Shown: one piece after another, positions 7,253 to 19,300 of the stretch | How the letters are laid out: each line of letters starts with the position of its first letter | Position numbering within the stretch: the first letter of the stretch is position 1 | DNA from: an uncultured Bacteroidales bacterium | GTDB taxonomy: Bacteria; Bacteroidota; Bacteroidia; Bacteroidales; Paludibacteraceae | Direction of reading: 5' to 3' | NCBI GenBank assembly: GCA_903899865.1 | Contig: CAIUKZ010000041.1 | Location: 1 to 37,230 of the forward strand | Length of the DNA: 37,230 nucleotides | The notes under the pieces: generated by a model | The model's database searches: none | What the model saw: the letters and a program-made list of their open reading frames with translations, nothing else | Told to the model about the DNA's origin: nothing | Translations under genes and position numbers: made by a program

Positions 7253-7329
7253 TGGTGGAGATTACCGGACTCGAACCGGTCACCTCAACACTGCCAGTGT
7301 TGCGCTCTAGCCAGATGAGCTAAACCCCC
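7253..7329 (-). tRNA. tRNA-Ala(GGC)
   Basis: GGGGGTTTAGCTCATCTGGCTAGAGCG-CAACA-CTGGCAG-TGTTG-AGGTGACCGGTTCGAGTCCGGTAATCTCCA-CCA: anticodon GGC, G3.U70 pair, encoded CCA. A -7 box TATCTTTG lies at 7344-7351. Confidence 0.97.
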
Positions 7330-7570
7330 GTTTTTGGTGAATGCAAAGATAGTGTTTTTTTTTGAAAAAGTCAACTTCTTTTTCTAGTCTTTGCTACATT
7401 GCTGATACTAGGTGCGGGGTATGCACTCATGGAATAATTCGTTCAATTTTTTTTTCAAGCTTTGAATGATTAATTCATGTTCCATTATGCACAGTCAACT
7501 ACTAGGGAGTTTTTCAATAGCAACGAAATTAGATGATTGGAAAAGTCAGTGTGGGTGTGCTTGAAAACGA

Positions 7571-7605
7571 AAAGACCGCTAAACATGTGTGTCTGAGCGG
7601 TCTTT
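7571..7605 (-). terminator. Probable terminator after pgi
   Basis: AAAGACCGCT...AGCGGTCTTT stem about 20 bp past the pgi stop. Confidence 0.6.
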
Positions 7606-7626
7606 GAGTTGGATATGCTGGTTGGT

Positions 7627-8970
7627 TTACAACCTTGCTTTGATGGCTTTGGTTTCGGCTTCGAAGCCTGGTTTTTCGAGCAGTGCAAACATGTTCTTTT
7701 TGTAGGCTTCTACTCCTGGTTGGTCAAATGGATTGACGCCCAGCAGGTAACCGCTGATGCCACACGCTTTCTCGAAGAAATAAATCATCTGTCCGAGGTA
7801 GTATTCGTTCAGTTTTGGTAATTCAATTTTCAAATTGGGCACGCCACCGTCCAAGTGTGCAAGCATGGTGCCCAATTCAGCCATTTTATTTACTTCATCC
7901 ACACGTTTGCCAGCAAGGAAGTTGAGTCCGTCGAGGTTGTCTTCTGAGGTTGGGAACACGGTGGTGTAATTGCTTTCTTTTACTGTGATAACGGTTTCGA
8001 AAATGGTACGCTCACCGTCTTGTATCCATTGTCCCATGGAGTGAAGGTCGGTGGTAAAGTCCACAGCAGCAGGGAAAATACCTTTGCCGTCTTTGCCTTC
8101 GCTCTCACCGAAAAGCTGTTTCCACCATTCTGATACAAAGTGAAGTTTTGGGTGGTAGTTGACCAAAATTTCAATTTTCTTGCCGCTTTGATACAAGGCG
8201 TTGCGCACGGCAGCGTATTGCGCAGCAGGGTTTTCGGCAAAAGGAGTGTCCTGTCCACACACTTGCTCCATCTTCAAAGCACCGCTCACCAACTGACGTA
8301 CATCAAATCCTGCTACTGCGATAGGAAGCAGTCCTACAGGCGAAAGTACAGAGAAACGGCCACCGATGGTATCTTCAATAACGAAAGTTTTGTAACCTTC
8401 CTGAGTAGCCAATGTGCGGAGCGCACCGCGTGACTTGTCGGTGATGGCTACAATCAGTTTTTGTGCAGCGGCTTTGCCTTGTTGTTGCTCCAACTGTGTT
8501 TTCAGCAGACGAAAAGCCAAGGCAGGTTCGGTAGTTGTTCCTGATTTGGAAATGGAAACGATACCAAACTTTTTGGTTTTAAGTAGTTGTTGCAATTCAT
8601 AAAGGTAGTCTTCGCCAATGTTTTGTCCGGCATATACCACTACTGGTGCTTTGCGCTCAGTTTGCAACCAGTCGAAACTGTTGGATAGTGCGTCTATAAC
8701 AGCTTTTGCACCGAGGTAGCTACCGCCGATGCCCACTACAACCACCACTTCACAATTGTCGCGAAGGGTTATAGCTGTCGCTTCGATGTCGGATAGGTGC
8801 GCTTCGTCTATGGACGATGGAAGGTTGAGCCAGCCAAGGAAGTCATTGCCAAGACCAGTGCCTTGGTGAAGTTTGGCATTGCTTTCGGCCACTTGTTTTT
8901 CATAAGCAGCCACACTTTCATTGGATACAAATCCAAATGCTTTGTCGATAGATAGTTTGATGTTTTCCAT
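7627..8970 (-). CDS. pgi: Glucose-6-phosphate isomerase
   Basis: [43 protein letters not shown] and [12 protein letters not shown]. Confidence 0.97.
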   Translation of the reverse strand: MENIKLSIDKAFGFVSNESVAAYEKQVAESNAKLHQGTGLGNDFLGWLNLPSSIDEAHLSDIEATAITLRDNCEVVVVVGIGGSYLGAKAVIDALSNSFDWLQTERKAPVVVYAGQNIGEDYLYELQQLLKTKKFGIVSISKSGTTTEPALAFRLLKTQLEQQQGKAAAQKLIVAITDKSRGALRTLATQEGYKTFVIEDTIGGRFSVLSPVGLLPIAVAGFDVRQLVSGALKMEQVCGQDTPFAENPAAQYAAVRNALYQSGKKIEILVNYHPKLHFVSEWWKQLFGESEGKDGKGIFPAAVDFTTDLHSMGQWIQDGERTIFETVITVKESNYTTVFPTSEDNLDGLNFLAGKRVDEVNKMAELGTMLAHLDGGVPNLKIELPKLNEYYLGQMIYFFEKACGISGYLLGVNPFDQPGVEAYKKNMFALLEKPGFEAETKAIKARL

Positions 8971-9045
8971 GATTGTTAGTCTATTGTCGTAAGTTGTCCG
9001 TGGGTGTTACTTGCGAGTATGTTGATAAATAAATGATTGTTAATT

Positions 9046-9120
9046 AGTCTAAAGTCTAAAGTCAAGAGTCAAAGGTCAAAGGTCAAGAGTCAAGAACCTA
9101 GAACCAAGAACCAAGACCAA
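9046..9120. repeat. Degenerate heptamer tandem repeat (AGTCAAG / AGTCTAA / AACCAAG units)
   Basis: About ten 7-bp units in the pgi-gpsA intergenic region. Confidence 0.8.
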
Positions 9121-9157
9121 ATGATAGATACAAATTTAAAGATACTTATTCAATTTT

Positions 9158-10153
9158 TTATTGGAGATTTTCGGTCAACTTTCTGATTTCCATGGTTGGC
9201 GAACAGCGGTTGTACAAAATCTCATACACAGCATCCAAAATGGGCATGCTCACGTGATATTTTTCATTTATCTCGTGGATGCACTTCGTGGCATAATAAC
9301 CCTCGGCTATCATTTCCATTTCCAGTTGCGCAGTCTTTACAGAATATCCTTTACCTATCATGTTGCCAAACATGCGGTTGCGGCTAAATTTAGAATAGGC
9401 CGTTACCAGTAAGTCACCAAGGTAAACCGATTCGTCAATGTCACGATGTCCCGGGCTGATGGCGTTGCAAAATCTGCTGATTTCCTGAATGGCATTGGCA
9501 ATAAGGACAGCCGTGAAATTGTCGCCATATTTTAGCCCATGACAGATACCTACTGCAATGGAGTAAATGTTTTTCATGACCGACGAATATTCAATCCCAG
9601 TGATGTCGTCGCTGATGGTGGTATGGATAAAGCTGGTGTTAAATCGCTGTGCCAGTACTCTAGCTTTCTCGCGTGAGCTACATCCAAGAGTGAGGTAGGA
9701 AAGACGTTCCAACGCTACTTCCTCAGCGTGACATGGCCCTGCAAGAGCAGCAATATTAGCTTTAGGCACATTATAGCACTGTTCAAAATAGTCGGACACG
9801 ATCATGTTTTCATCTGGCACAATGCCTTTGATGGCCGAAACAATGAATTTGTCACTCAATTCGCGTTTTAGCTTCTTGAGGTGTTGCTTCATAAAGGGCG
9901 ACGGTGTAGCAAAAATCAAAATGTCGGAAGTTTTCACCACCTTGTTGATGTCGCTGGTAAAATTGATCCTATCCGTGTCAAACTTCACTCCAGTGAGGTA
10001 TGACGGATTTTTGCTGACACGAACAAATTCATCTATTTGCTCTTGTCGGCGCATGTACCAATTGATGGAGTCCGAATTGGTGAGAATGATTTTTGCAATT
10101 GCTGTAGCCCAGCTTCCTCCGCCTATGACAGCAATTCTACTTTTATCGTTCAT
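9158..10153 (-). CDS. gpsA: NAD(P)H-dependent glycerol-3-phosphate dehydrogenase
   Basis: IGGGSWATA, SAIKGI, GPCHAEEV, MKNIYSIAVG, GDLLVTAYSKFSRNR and AEGYYATK. Confidence 0.95.
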   Translation of the reverse strand: MNDKSRIAVIGGGSWATAIAKIILTNSDSINWYMRRQEQIDEFVRVSKNPSYLTGVKFDTDRINFTSDINKVVKTSDILIFATPSPFMKQHLKKLKRELSDKFIVSAIKGIVPDENMIVSDYFEQCYNVPKANIAALAGPCHAEEVALERLSYLTLGCSSREKARVLAQRFNTSFIHTTISDDITGIEYSSVMKNIYSIAVGICHGLKYGDNFTAVLIANAIQEISRFCNAISPGHRDIDESVYLGDLLVTAYSKFSRNRMFGNMIGKGYSVKTAQLEMEMIAEGYYATKCIHEINEKYHVSMPILDAVYEILYNRCSPTMEIRKLTENLQ

Positions 10154-10288
10154 TTTATTAGTTTAGCCTGCAGTTAATATTCTACAGTCAAAGGTCAATA
10201 TTCAATTTTGTTATTTTTTTTATCTATTCACAGTCTGCCTCATTTCCCCTTCAGAGCTTGTCCCGTCATTAACGGGAGGTTAGGGGTA

Positions 10289-12016
10289 CTACAACATACT
10301 GTTCGCAATCCAGCTAGTCACTTCTTCCTTGGTTGGATTGGTGAGCTCCATTTTGTGTTTTTTGTTTAACCCACAGATATCCTGGTGAAATTTGTTTGGA
10401 TTCAAGTCTTTCAGCCCTTCTACCATAGTAATGCCGGCTTTTTGAACTACCGCTACCCATTCTTCAGGAATGCCCACTGCCATGAATTTTTCTGGACCAT
10501 CTTTTTTTGCCGCTTTCTCTGGCTTCAATTGTGGAAAGAAAAGCACTTCTTGAATGGCTTGTTGGCCTGTCATAAGCATCACTAATCTGTCCATTCCTAT
10601 TCCCATCCCGGAAGTAGGTGGCATGCCGTATTCTAGCGAGCGCACAAAATCCATGTCGATAAACATGGCTTCATCATCTCCTTTTTCGCTGAGTTTGAGT
10701 TGCTCTTGGAAGCGTTCCAGCTGGTCAATAGGGTCATTAAGTTCTGAATAGGCATTCGCCAATTCTTTGCCATTTACCATCAATTCGAAACGTTCGGTGA
10801 GCTCAGGATTGCTACGGTGGCGTTTGCACAACGGGCTCATTTCTATTGGGTAGTCGGTGATAAAGGTTGGTTGGATGTAATTGCCTTCGCACTTTTCTCC
10901 AAATATCTCATCTATCAGCTTGCCTTTTCCCATGGTCTCATCGGCTTCTATATGAAGCTGTTTGCACACTTCACGAAGTTGGACTTCGTCCATTCCGTTG
11001 ATGTCTATGCCCGTGTGTTCTTTGATGGCATCTATCATGGTGATGCGCTTAAATGGCGTTTTGAAACTGATTAATTTGTCGCCTACCTTTATTTCATTTG
11101 TTCCATTTACTTCTAAGCAGATTTTTTCAATCATTTGCTCGGTAAATTCCATCATCCAGTTGTAGTCTTTGTAGGCTACGTAGATTTCCATGGCGGTAAA
11201 TTCAGGATTGTGAGTGCGGTCCATCCCTTCGTTGCGGAAGTTTTTGGAGAACTCATACACGCCCTCAAAACCACCTACGATTAGGCGTTTGAGGTATAAT
11301 TCATTAGCCACACGCAGGTAAAGAGGTATGTCCAATGCATTGTGATGCGTCATGAACGGACGCGCCGAAGCACCACCGGGTATTGATTGAAGAATGGGGG
11401 TTTCTACTTCAATGTAATTCTGCGCATTGAAGAAATCGCGCATGGTTTGGTACACTTTGGTGCGTTTAAGAAAAATGTCTTTTATGCCTTCGTTGACCAC
11501 TAAGTCTACATAGCGTTGACGATAGCGTTGTTCTGGGTCTTCGAATGCGTCATAGGCCACGCCGTCTTTGTATTTTACGATGGGAAGTGGACGAAGTGAT
11601 TTGCTAAGCACAGTAAGCTCTTGAGCATGAACGCTTATTTCTCCCATTTGGGTGCGAAACACAAACCCTCTAATGCCAATAAAATCACCAATATCAAGTA
11701 GTTTTTTGAAAACTACATTGTACATCTCTGGTTGTGCTTCGCTACTGATATCATCACGACTTATATATACTTGTATTCTACCTTTGGAGTCTTGCAGTTC
11801 TACGAATGAGGCTTTCCCCATGATTCTACGGCTCATGATACGGCCAGCAATACAAACTTGTTTACCAGATTCTTCGTCTTTAAATTCCTCTTTTATGTCG
11901 GTAGAATATGCGTTGGTTGGATATAATGCTGCAGGATAGGGGTCTATGCCTAGGTTGCGTAATTCGTTTAGACTCTGGCGTCTAAATTGTTCTTGTTCAC
12001 TAAGTTCTATGCTCAT
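10289..12016 (-). CDS. lysS: Lysine--tRNA ligase (class II) with a C-terminal extension
   Basis: YRQRYVDL, GGASARPF, FRNEGMDRTHNPEF, ELANAYSELNDP and YGMPPTSGMGIGMDRL. Start set at MSIELSEQ (12016); a -7 box TACTTTTG lies at 12042-12049. Confidence 0.97.
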   Translation of the reverse strand: MSIELSEQEQFRRQSLNELRNLGIDPYPAALYPTNAYSTDIKEEFKDEESGKQVCIAGRIMSRRIMGKASFVELQDSKGRIQVYISRDDISSEAQPEMYNVVFKKLLDIGDFIGIRGFVFRTQMGEISVHAQELTVLSKSLRPLPIVKYKDGVAYDAFEDPEQRYRQRYVDLVVNEGIKDIFLKRTKVYQTMRDFFNAQNYIEVETPILQSIPGGASARPFMTHHNALDIPLYLRVANELYLKRLIVGGFEGVYEFSKNFRNEGMDRTHNPEFTAMEIYVAYKDYNWMMEFTEQMIEKICLEVNGTNEIKVGDKLISFKTPFKRITMIDAIKEHTGIDINGMDEVQLREVCKQLHIEADETMGKGKLIDEIFGEKCEGNYIQPTFITDYPIEMSPLCKRHRSNPELTERFELMVNGKELANAYSELNDPIDQLERFQEQLKLSEKGDDEAMFIDMDFVRSLEYGMPPTSGMGIGMDRLVMLMTGQQAIQEVLFFPQLKPEKAAKKDGPEKFMAVGIPEEWVAVVQKAGITMVEGLKDLNPNKFHQDICGLNKKHKMELTNPTKEEVTSWIANSML

Positions 12017-12351
12017 CTTGATTTTTTTATACAAATTCGTGCAAAAGTACAAAAAAAGGATGAATAATGACTAAACCAACTTATAGTCAATTGGGTAATG
12101 ATATGATTATTTAACGATTTTTTGATGAAAGCATTGAACCTACATTGCGTTAAAAATTGATATTTTCATTTTGCTATAGAACAAAAAGTCGCTAATCTCG
12201 TTTAAATTCTTACATGACTAAAAGTGAATAAATTACCAAATTGCTGCTTTATTATAGCGTTAATAAATGTTGCAAGAAGCACAGAAAATGAACATAAATA
12301 TGTTACTTTGTGCGTGTGAAACTTATTTTAATGCAAAATATCTGATAAATA

Positions 12352-13887
12352 ATGAGTAAAAATGAAGTTTTTGAGCAAAGGATCAAAGCCTTGCACCAAA
12401 TGGAGAGTAATGCAGCTGTCAAGCAGCATATCAAAGGAAAACTTACAGCGCGCGAACGCATAAATGTCTTATTTGACGAAGGAACATTTTTTGAATTTGA
12501 CGCTTTTGTAGAGCCTGCACAAAGTGCCATGAGTGGCAAACAGTCAGTGTTTGGAGACGGAGTGGTGGTAGGACGTGGATTGGTTCAGGGTAGAAGCGTA
12601 TTTGCTTATGCTCAGGATTTTACTGTTTTGGGTGGTTCGCTTGGTTATGCTCATGGAATGAAAATTGCCAAAATACAAGACATGGCCTTGAAGCTTGGTG
12701 CACCAGTGGTAGGATTGATAGACTCTGGAGGGGCTCGCATTCAAGAGGGGATTAAAAGTCTTTCGGCTTACGCGACTATTTTTAAAAACAACGTTCGCTC
12801 TTCAGGTATTATTCCACAGGTGAGTGTAATTCTTGGCCCTGCTGCTGGTGGAGCTGTGTATTCACCTGCCTTGACCGACTTTGTATTTATGACCAATCAG
12901 ACTTCCTACATGTTTGTCACTGGACCTGATGTGGTAAAAGAGGTGTTGAATCAAGACATTGACATGGAGGGACTTGGAGGTGGAAATGTGCATGCTCAGA
13001 AAAGTGGGGTAGCTCACTTTGTTTACGACGATGAGGAACACGCTATCATGTATGTCCGCAAACTTCTGTCTTATTTGCCTTCAAATAATTTTGACCCTAT
13101 TCCAATTTCTAAAAACGTACAGTTTTACGAATCCCGCCAAGAATTTTTGAATAAAATCATCCCCGATGATAGCAACCGCCCTTATGATGTAAAAGATATC
13201 ATCAATATCGTAGTGGATAAAGATACTTTCTTTGAAGTCCATGAAAAGTATGCTCAAAACATAGTAGTTGGTTTTGCTCGCCTCGGAGGCAAATCCATCG
13301 GTATCATAGCCAACCAACCCAAAGTAATGGCCGGTACACTGGATATCAATGCTAGTATTAAAGGTGCTCGCTTTGTTCGCTTTTGCGATGCCTACAACAT
13401 TCCGCTACTTATTCTGGAAGATGTACCAGGCTTCTTGCCAGGTATTGACCAAGAACATTCTGGCATTATTCGCCACGGAGCCAAATTGTTATACGCTTTC
13501 TGCGAAGCCACTGTTCCCAAGATTACCATTATTTTGCGGAAGTCGTACGGTGGTGCTTATATTGTGATGAGTAGTAAAAACACGGGTGGTGACTTCAATT
13601 TCGCTTGGCCAAGTGCCGAAATTGCTGTAATGGGACCAGCGGGGGCTATTAAAATTGTGAATAGAAAGGAACTCGCTGCAGCTACCAATTACGAAGAAAT
13701 GGAAAAGATGCTTACCGAAAAGTACAAGCACGAAATTGCCAATCCGTATAAAGCAGAGGAACTTGGACTAATTGATGAGGTAATTACCCCATCCAGCACA
13801 CGTCAAACCTTGATTACCGCCTTTGATATTTTGTCCAATAAACAATACTCAAAGCCTGCCCGTAAGCATGGAAGCATACCGCTTTGA
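12352..13887 (+). CDS. pccB: Acyl-CoA (propionyl/methylmalonyl-CoA type) carboxylase, carboxyltransferase subunit
   Basis: QDFTVLGGSLG, DSGGARIQEG, GPAAGGAVYSPALTDF, DVPGFLPG, RKSYGGAY and RKHGSIPL. Substrate specificity cannot be fixed from sequence alone. Confidence 0.85.
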   Translation: MSKNEVFEQRIKALHQMESNAAVKQHIKGKLTARERINVLFDEGTFFEFDAFVEPAQSAMSGKQSVFGDGVVVGRGLVQGRSVFAYAQDFTVLGGSLGYAHGMKIAKIQDMALKLGAPVVGLIDSGGARIQEGIKSLSAYATIFKNNVRSSGIIPQVSVILGPAAGGAVYSPALTDFVFMTNQTSYMFVTGPDVVKEVLNQDIDMEGLGGGNVHAQKSGVAHFVYDDEEHAIMYVRKLLSYLPSNNFDPIPISKNVQFYESRQEFLNKIIPDDSNRPYDVKDIINIVVDKDTFFEVHEKYAQNIVVGFARLGGKSIGIIANQPKVMAGTLDINASIKGARFVRFCDAYNIPLLILEDVPGFLPGIDQEHSGIIRHGAKLLYAFCEATVPKITIILRKSYGGAYIVMSSKNTGGDFNFAWPSAEIAVMGPAGAIKIVNRKELAAATNYEEMEKMLTEKYKHEIANPYKAEELGLIDEVITPSSTRQTLITAFDILSNKQYSKPARKHGSIPL

Positions 13888-13923
13888 TAATTAATAATTG
13901 ATAATTAATAATTAATAATTGAT
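13885..13923. repeat. AT heptamer tandem repeat (TAATTGA/TAATTAA) starting at the stop codon
   Basis: TGATAATTAATAATTGATAATTAATAATTAATAATTGAT. A matching run follows slyD at 28910-28949 on the other strand. Confidence 0.75.
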
Positions 13924-13996
13924 TTTCAGTTGTTTTAAAAACAAATAATAACAAATGACTTTGGTCAATTGACTTTCGTCTTCCGTCAAAGAAAAT

Positions 13997-15490
13997 ATGA
14001 AAAAAAGACTTTTAATTGCCAATCGTGGCGAAATAGCTATTCGTATCATTCGTTCTGCTCATAAGCTTGGCATTACGTCAGTGGTGTTACAAAGTGATAA
14101 AGAACCTGATGCTCTTTACCTAAAATATGCAAATGAAATAATTCAAGCCAAAGATGCGAATGATGAAAAGCCCATCTTTCTCAATGCAACTAAAATTGTA
14201 GATTTTGCATTGGCTCACCAAATTGATTTGGTGCATCCTGGTTATGGTTTTTTGTCCGAAAATCCTGATTTTGCAGCTTTGTGTGAAGAAAATGGAATCA
14301 ATTTTATTGGCCCTTCACCAGAGCTTATTCGCAATATGGGTATCAAAACCATTGCTAAAAAAATGGCCATAGAAACTGGCTTACCGCTTGTGCCAGGTAG
14401 TGAAGGTGCTGTGGTAGATGCACAAGTGGCTAAAGCGTTTGCCGATAAAATTGGCTACCCCGTTATTCTTAAAGCCTCTGCAGGTGGTGGTGGACGAGGA
14501 ATGCGTATTGTAGAAAAGCCAGATGCCATGGAGCGATTGTTCAAATCAGCTTATGACGAAGCGGTGAATGCTTTTGGAAATGGTGATATCTTCATCGAAA
14601 AATACCTCCAAAATCCGAAACACCTTGAATTCCAAATCTTGGGTGATAAACATGGAAATATCATTCATCTCGGTGAACGAGAGTGCTCACTTCAACGCAA
14701 ACACCAGAAGGTGGTGGAAGAGGCTCCATCTGCAAGTATTACTCCCGAAATGCGTAATCAAATGGGGGAGATGGCCGTGAAGTTTGCAAAAGCCATTGGC
14801 TATTTTTCGGTTGGAACCATAGAGTATATTTTGGATGAGGATGGGTCATTTTACTTTATGGAAATGAATACTCGCATCCAAGTGGAACATCCAGTTACTG
14901 AAATGGTTACTCATGTTGATCTAGTAGATTGGCAAATTAAAGTGGCGCTGGGTGAGGAGTTGACTTTGCAACAGTCGGATATTCAGCTGAATGGTTGGGC
15001 GATAGAGTGCCGAATCAACACCGAAGACCCTCAAAATAGGTTTAGCCCACAAACAGGTTTTATAGAGAAAATTCATTTCCCTCGTGGCAAAGGTATCCGT
15101 ATTGAAACTGGTGTTCAGAACGGTTCGGTAGTAACACCTTATTTTGACTCCATGATATCCAAAATCATTGTTCGTGCAGACAGTCGCGAAGAAGTGATAG
15201 AAAAAACTCTTAAAGCCTTGAATGAGTTTAACTTAGTTGGGTTGAAATCAACAGCTCCATTTTGCCGTTTGGTGCTTCAAGATCCCGATTTTGTATCGGC
15301 ACAGTACACCACTCGATGGGTTGACCAGAAATACACTCCCGAAATGTTAGAAAATGATGAGGAAGAACTCATCGGTGCCCTGGCAGCGACTATTATTTAT
15401 GCCAAAGAATACCTTCAAATAGCATCAAATTCCACAGTCTATGACGATGAATCATTAAATATGTGGGTACTTAACAAACGAATAAATTAA
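13997..15490 (+). CDS. accC: Biotin carboxylase subunit
   Basis: LIANRGEIA, HPGYGFLSEN, KASAGGGGRGMR, ERECSLQRKHQK and EMNTRIQVEHPVTE. Confidence 0.95.
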   Translation: MKKRLLIANRGEIAIRIIRSAHKLGITSVVLQSDKEPDALYLKYANEIIQAKDANDEKPIFLNATKIVDFALAHQIDLVHPGYGFLSENPDFAALCEENGINFIGPSPELIRNMGIKTIAKKMAIETGLPLVPGSEGAVVDAQVAKAFADKIGYPVILKASAGGGGRGMRIVEKPDAMERLFKSAYDEAVNAFGNGDIFIEKYLQNPKHLEFQILGDKHGNIIHLGERECSLQRKHQKVVEEAPSASITPEMRNQMGEMAVKFAKAIGYFSVGTIEYILDEDGSFYFMEMNTRIQVEHPVTEMVTHVDLVDWQIKVALGEELTLQQSDIQLNGWAIECRINTEDPQNRFSPQTGFIEKIHFPRGKGIRIETGVQNGSVVTPYFDSMISKIIVRADSREEVIEKTLKALNEFNLVGLKSTAPFCRLVLQDPDFVSAQYTTRWVDQKYTPEMLENDEEELIGALAATIIYAKEYLQIASNSTVYDDESLNMWVLNKRIN

Positions 15491-15496
15491 TTGACA

Positions 15497-16045
15497 ATGG
15501 GAACATCATACGTATATAGAAGAGATGCATCCAGGCTTTTTATAGCCTTGCGCGAGAATGGTAAACGATACAAAATCTATATCCCAACCGACGCTAAGCC
15601 TGTGATTGACAACGAGGAGCAGGATATTAATTTCATTGATCATATCGATTCGCAGTATTATTTCAATTTCAATGACAAGCAGTTTAACTGTGAATTGGTG
15701 TCGCGCGATCAAAACAAAATCACCATCAAAGTGAATGGTGTGGAGTATAAATTTAGCATGGAATCTATCTTCTCTTATGTTCGCCATGGGATGATAGACA
15801 AAGACGCCAAGCAAATCAATGCCAACAACATCGTATCACCCATGCCAGGAAAAATAGTTGATCTGTTTCTTGCCGAAGGTGATTTGGTCAACGAGGGCGA
15901 ACCCATCCTCAGCCTGGAAGCCATGAAAATGCAAAATGAGATTACGGCCACCTGTAATGGTGTGATTCAAAAAATTCACGTAGTAGCTGGTCAGTCGGTC
16001 ATGAAAGATGAATTGCTGGTGGAGGTGAATGCTATTGATGTGTAA
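15497..16045 (+). CDS. Biotin carboxyl carrier protein
   Basis: SPMPGKI and the EAMKMQNEI biotinylation motif. ATG at 15497. Confidence 0.9.
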   Translation: MGTSYVYRRDASRLFIALRENGKRYKIYIPTDAKPVIDNEEQDINFIDHIDSQYYFNFNDKQFNCELVSRDQNKITIKVNGVEYKFSMESIFSYVRHGMIDKDAKQINANNIVSPMPGKIVDLFLAEGDLVNEGEPILSLEAMKMQNEITATCNGVIQKIHVVAGQSVMKDELLVEVNAIDV

Positions 16046-16124
16046 AAATTTTTACTTGGTTTTTTATTGAAATCCAAATTTATGAGATAGTTCTCATGGG
16101 GGTGGGTTTTGTGTACAATAATGA

Positions 16125-16158
16125 ACATGGGCAGTTTGATTACTCAAACTGCCCATGT
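16125..16158 (+). terminator. Intrinsic terminator between convergent genes
   Basis: ACATGGGCAGTTTGA-TTAC-TCAAACTGCCCATGT followed by ATTTTT. Confidence 0.75.
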
Positions 16159-16257
16159 ATTTTTAGAAATAAATCGAACTTATACCGTTTGCACAAACAA
16201 TATAGTTCAATTTCGACTTCGTCTCATTGATACTATTTGTTTGAAGCAACGGCATTT

Positions 16258-16306
16258 CCAACTGTTCATATAAAATGACTTTGGGTCATTTTATATGAAC
16301 AGTTGG
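16258..16306. repeat. Perfect 22-bp inverted repeat right after the stop of the large secreted protein
   Basis: CCAACTGTTCATATAAAATGAC-TTTGG-GTCATTTTATATGAACAGTTGG. Confidence 0.9.
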
Positions 16307-16308
16307 GA

Positions 16309-19300
16309 TTACTTGACCATTTTCATGCTTCGGGCGATTTTGCTAGTCTTGATGTTGACGATGTAGCAATTTGGATTCAAGAAGTTGGTCGGTATAGTGC
16401 TTACACCATCAGCTGCAAAAGTTGACTCAAATACCTGAATGCCAGACATACTGGTGATTTGGATTAATCCTTGTTCTTTTGTGTTGTTAGTAATCAAAAT
16501 TTGAAAAGGATTATACGATAGATTGAGTTGTTCATCTAAGCCAATACTTGTATTGGTAGGTATATCTTTACGTTTGTATTCTATTGCACCCATGGTTGGC
16601 ACCACTGCACGACTTGTCCCAAAGTAATCTGAAACCACTTTTGATAATCCAGATTCACCCATCAGCAAATCCGTACCAACAGCAAAACCTTTGGGGTCTG
16701 TACCCACAGAAGCAAATTGTGGATCCAGGCTAACGCTATTGTAATCCATTAAACTAGCGCTTTGCCATTCGAACATGCCCGATTTGTTAGCACCGAAATA
16801 GCCTAACACTGCACCCTGACCATTAGCAAATAAGTCGTTATTATTTGAGCTTAGTTTAGCATTGGTAGAGTAATTACAGAAAATGGAATAATGCAAGCTG
16901 GAACCTCCCGCCGTAGAACGCTCATTGAAAAGAATGTTGTTTTTTATTGTTCTTGCATTGGTTGCCGCATTGCTATAAAGTGCATACGATTTGTTAGTCA
17001 CGCCAGTACCAGTACTACCACCTACATATAAAGTATTATTCAAGATATAGACATCGCACGAATCTTGACCAGCGTCATAGATGCCATGAATGGTAGTTGC
17101 AGAATTTGGAGCTAAGTAAACGATGTTGTTATAAACATTTGAAATACCGCTCTTGGTTGAAATTCCATACAACTTAGTAGCTGTAGACGATGAATTTACA
17201 TCAAATGTATGTACAAAATTGCTTGACACTTCGCAGGTATGTTTCTTCCCATTATCAACACCTATTCCAATAAGGCTTCCTGCATTAGCACCAGCAATGT
17301 TTGGCAATGAAAGTGCTGAAATCGTGTTTCTACTGATGGTATCCAAGGCTGTTCCATTGGTCATACAAATACCGTAAACATTACCTGTGAAATTGGTAGA
17401 AAGATTCTTCAAATTAGTAATGGTATTTCCTAGTACACTTGCATTTTTATTAGCTAGTATTCCAACTACAGAAGCGCTATCATTGACACTAGTATTCCCA
17501 TTACTGATGCTTAAGTCTCGGATGGTGTTGTCGGTTATATAATTTGTAGTTGCTTTTGAAACAATACCCATTATAGAGCCCGATGTCGGATTGGTACTAG
17601 AGTTTTTAAGGTTAGCTATGCAGTTAGCTGATGTTGTGCCTTGTCCACTGCCTGTGACAGATATACCAACCATGTTTTGGCGCGCAAGCGTACTGGTGGA
17701 CATACATAATATACTATTAGCAGTAGTTCTACTACCAATCATGTTGCCTTTAATATCAACAGTACCATCCGACTGACTTTGTATTCCAATAAAGTTAGCT
17801 GCATAAGTGGTGTCTTTTTCGGCATCAATATTTATAGAGCCGATAATGTTATTACTGCAAACCACCTTGCCTGAACCTCTAACCACAACCCCATAAACCG
17901 TTCCAATAAATGATTGTGGCCCATTAAGGCTTGATGAGAAAGTAGCTGGTTTGACAAATATAGAATTCGTACCTACAGAGTCACCAATGATGTTTGGAAT
18001 CGAATCTCCAATATTCACATCACCATCTGCCACTACGATACCCGCCCATGGTTGAACTTCAAAAAAGTTATTACTATTTGACCAAGAAAAGTTTTTAATT
18101 TTATTGTTTTGTACAGTTGCTTTGTTTCCAGAGGGGATTCCAATTGTTATAGCTGCATATCTATTGGATTGATTTGATAGCTTTGTATATGCATTTCCTC
18201 CACAAGCAGGTGCACTTCCGCCAAAATAATTGTCCGTTATATGAATATCTGCTGTACCTAAACAAGTTCCAGGCTCACCAAACAATCCAAGTGATCCCAC
18301 CAAAACAGAATAAATGCTCTCGCCAAAACCAATTGTTGTTGAAAGTGGTGTTGTTTCGTAAAAATTATTTGCTTGAATTTTCCAGTTTTTGTTGTAGTCT
18401 TGAACATAGATATTTGTTCCAAGATAGGAAGTTGTAACATTCATCACATCAGCGAAATCATTATTCTTAATCAATATATTTGAGTTTTCTTTTCCTACTC
18501 CTTGTCCATTGGAATAAATGGCCGATGCAGGTCTTCCAGAAATACCAGCATTGGTAAAGGTATTATTTAAAATGGAGTTGTTACTATTACCTATTACATC
18601 GGTACTGCCAAGGAATAAAATTGCTCCAAGTTGTCCAGCTGTATCGAGATTTGATTTACGACCTCCGGCATTTTTTATAATTGCATATTCTACAGTATTA
18701 TTACATGCTCCATTTCTAAACAAGACTGTTGCAGCAGAATCGGCATTGTTTCGGTTTATCAGCGTAAGAGCCTTATTTGAACCGGTTCCATTAACTCGTC
18801 CATCGATGGTGACATTATCTGCACCATTCAACAAAATCATCGGAGTGCCAAGGTTGGAGCCTAAAGTTAAGTCTGCTTTTGTTGGGAATACGTGAATGGC
18901 ATTGTATGCAGAAACTCCATTGTTTCCACTATGATATAGAACAGCTGATACCTGTTCTGAGGTGCTGTTAGAGATACGAATATCAAATGTTCCAGCAGGA
19001 CATGCCACACCTGTTTTATGCGTACCATCATTAAACTTAGAAAAAGCATCACCTAAAGTTGCATAACTGCCAACTAAGGTATTTGCAGGCATTGCATATA
19101 CTTTTACAGGCAAATCCAACACAATTTCAATGGCACCCATAGTGGGAACTACATTTTCAGGATTTAAAGGACGGCTATTTAAGTCATAATAATCTTTTGT
19201 CACTCCACCAACTGCAACACCAATTAACGGATTGGTTGTAGGGGTGTAGGAAGCAGCCGTAGAACCTGGAGCAATAAACTCAGGATCAACGCTAACACTT

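Noticed and set aside
7253-7329. tRNA-targeted genomic island or prophage with an attL/attR duplication
   Set aside because: I found no second copy of the tRNA 3' end beyond the array, the tRNA terminator is intact, and no phage genes are present.
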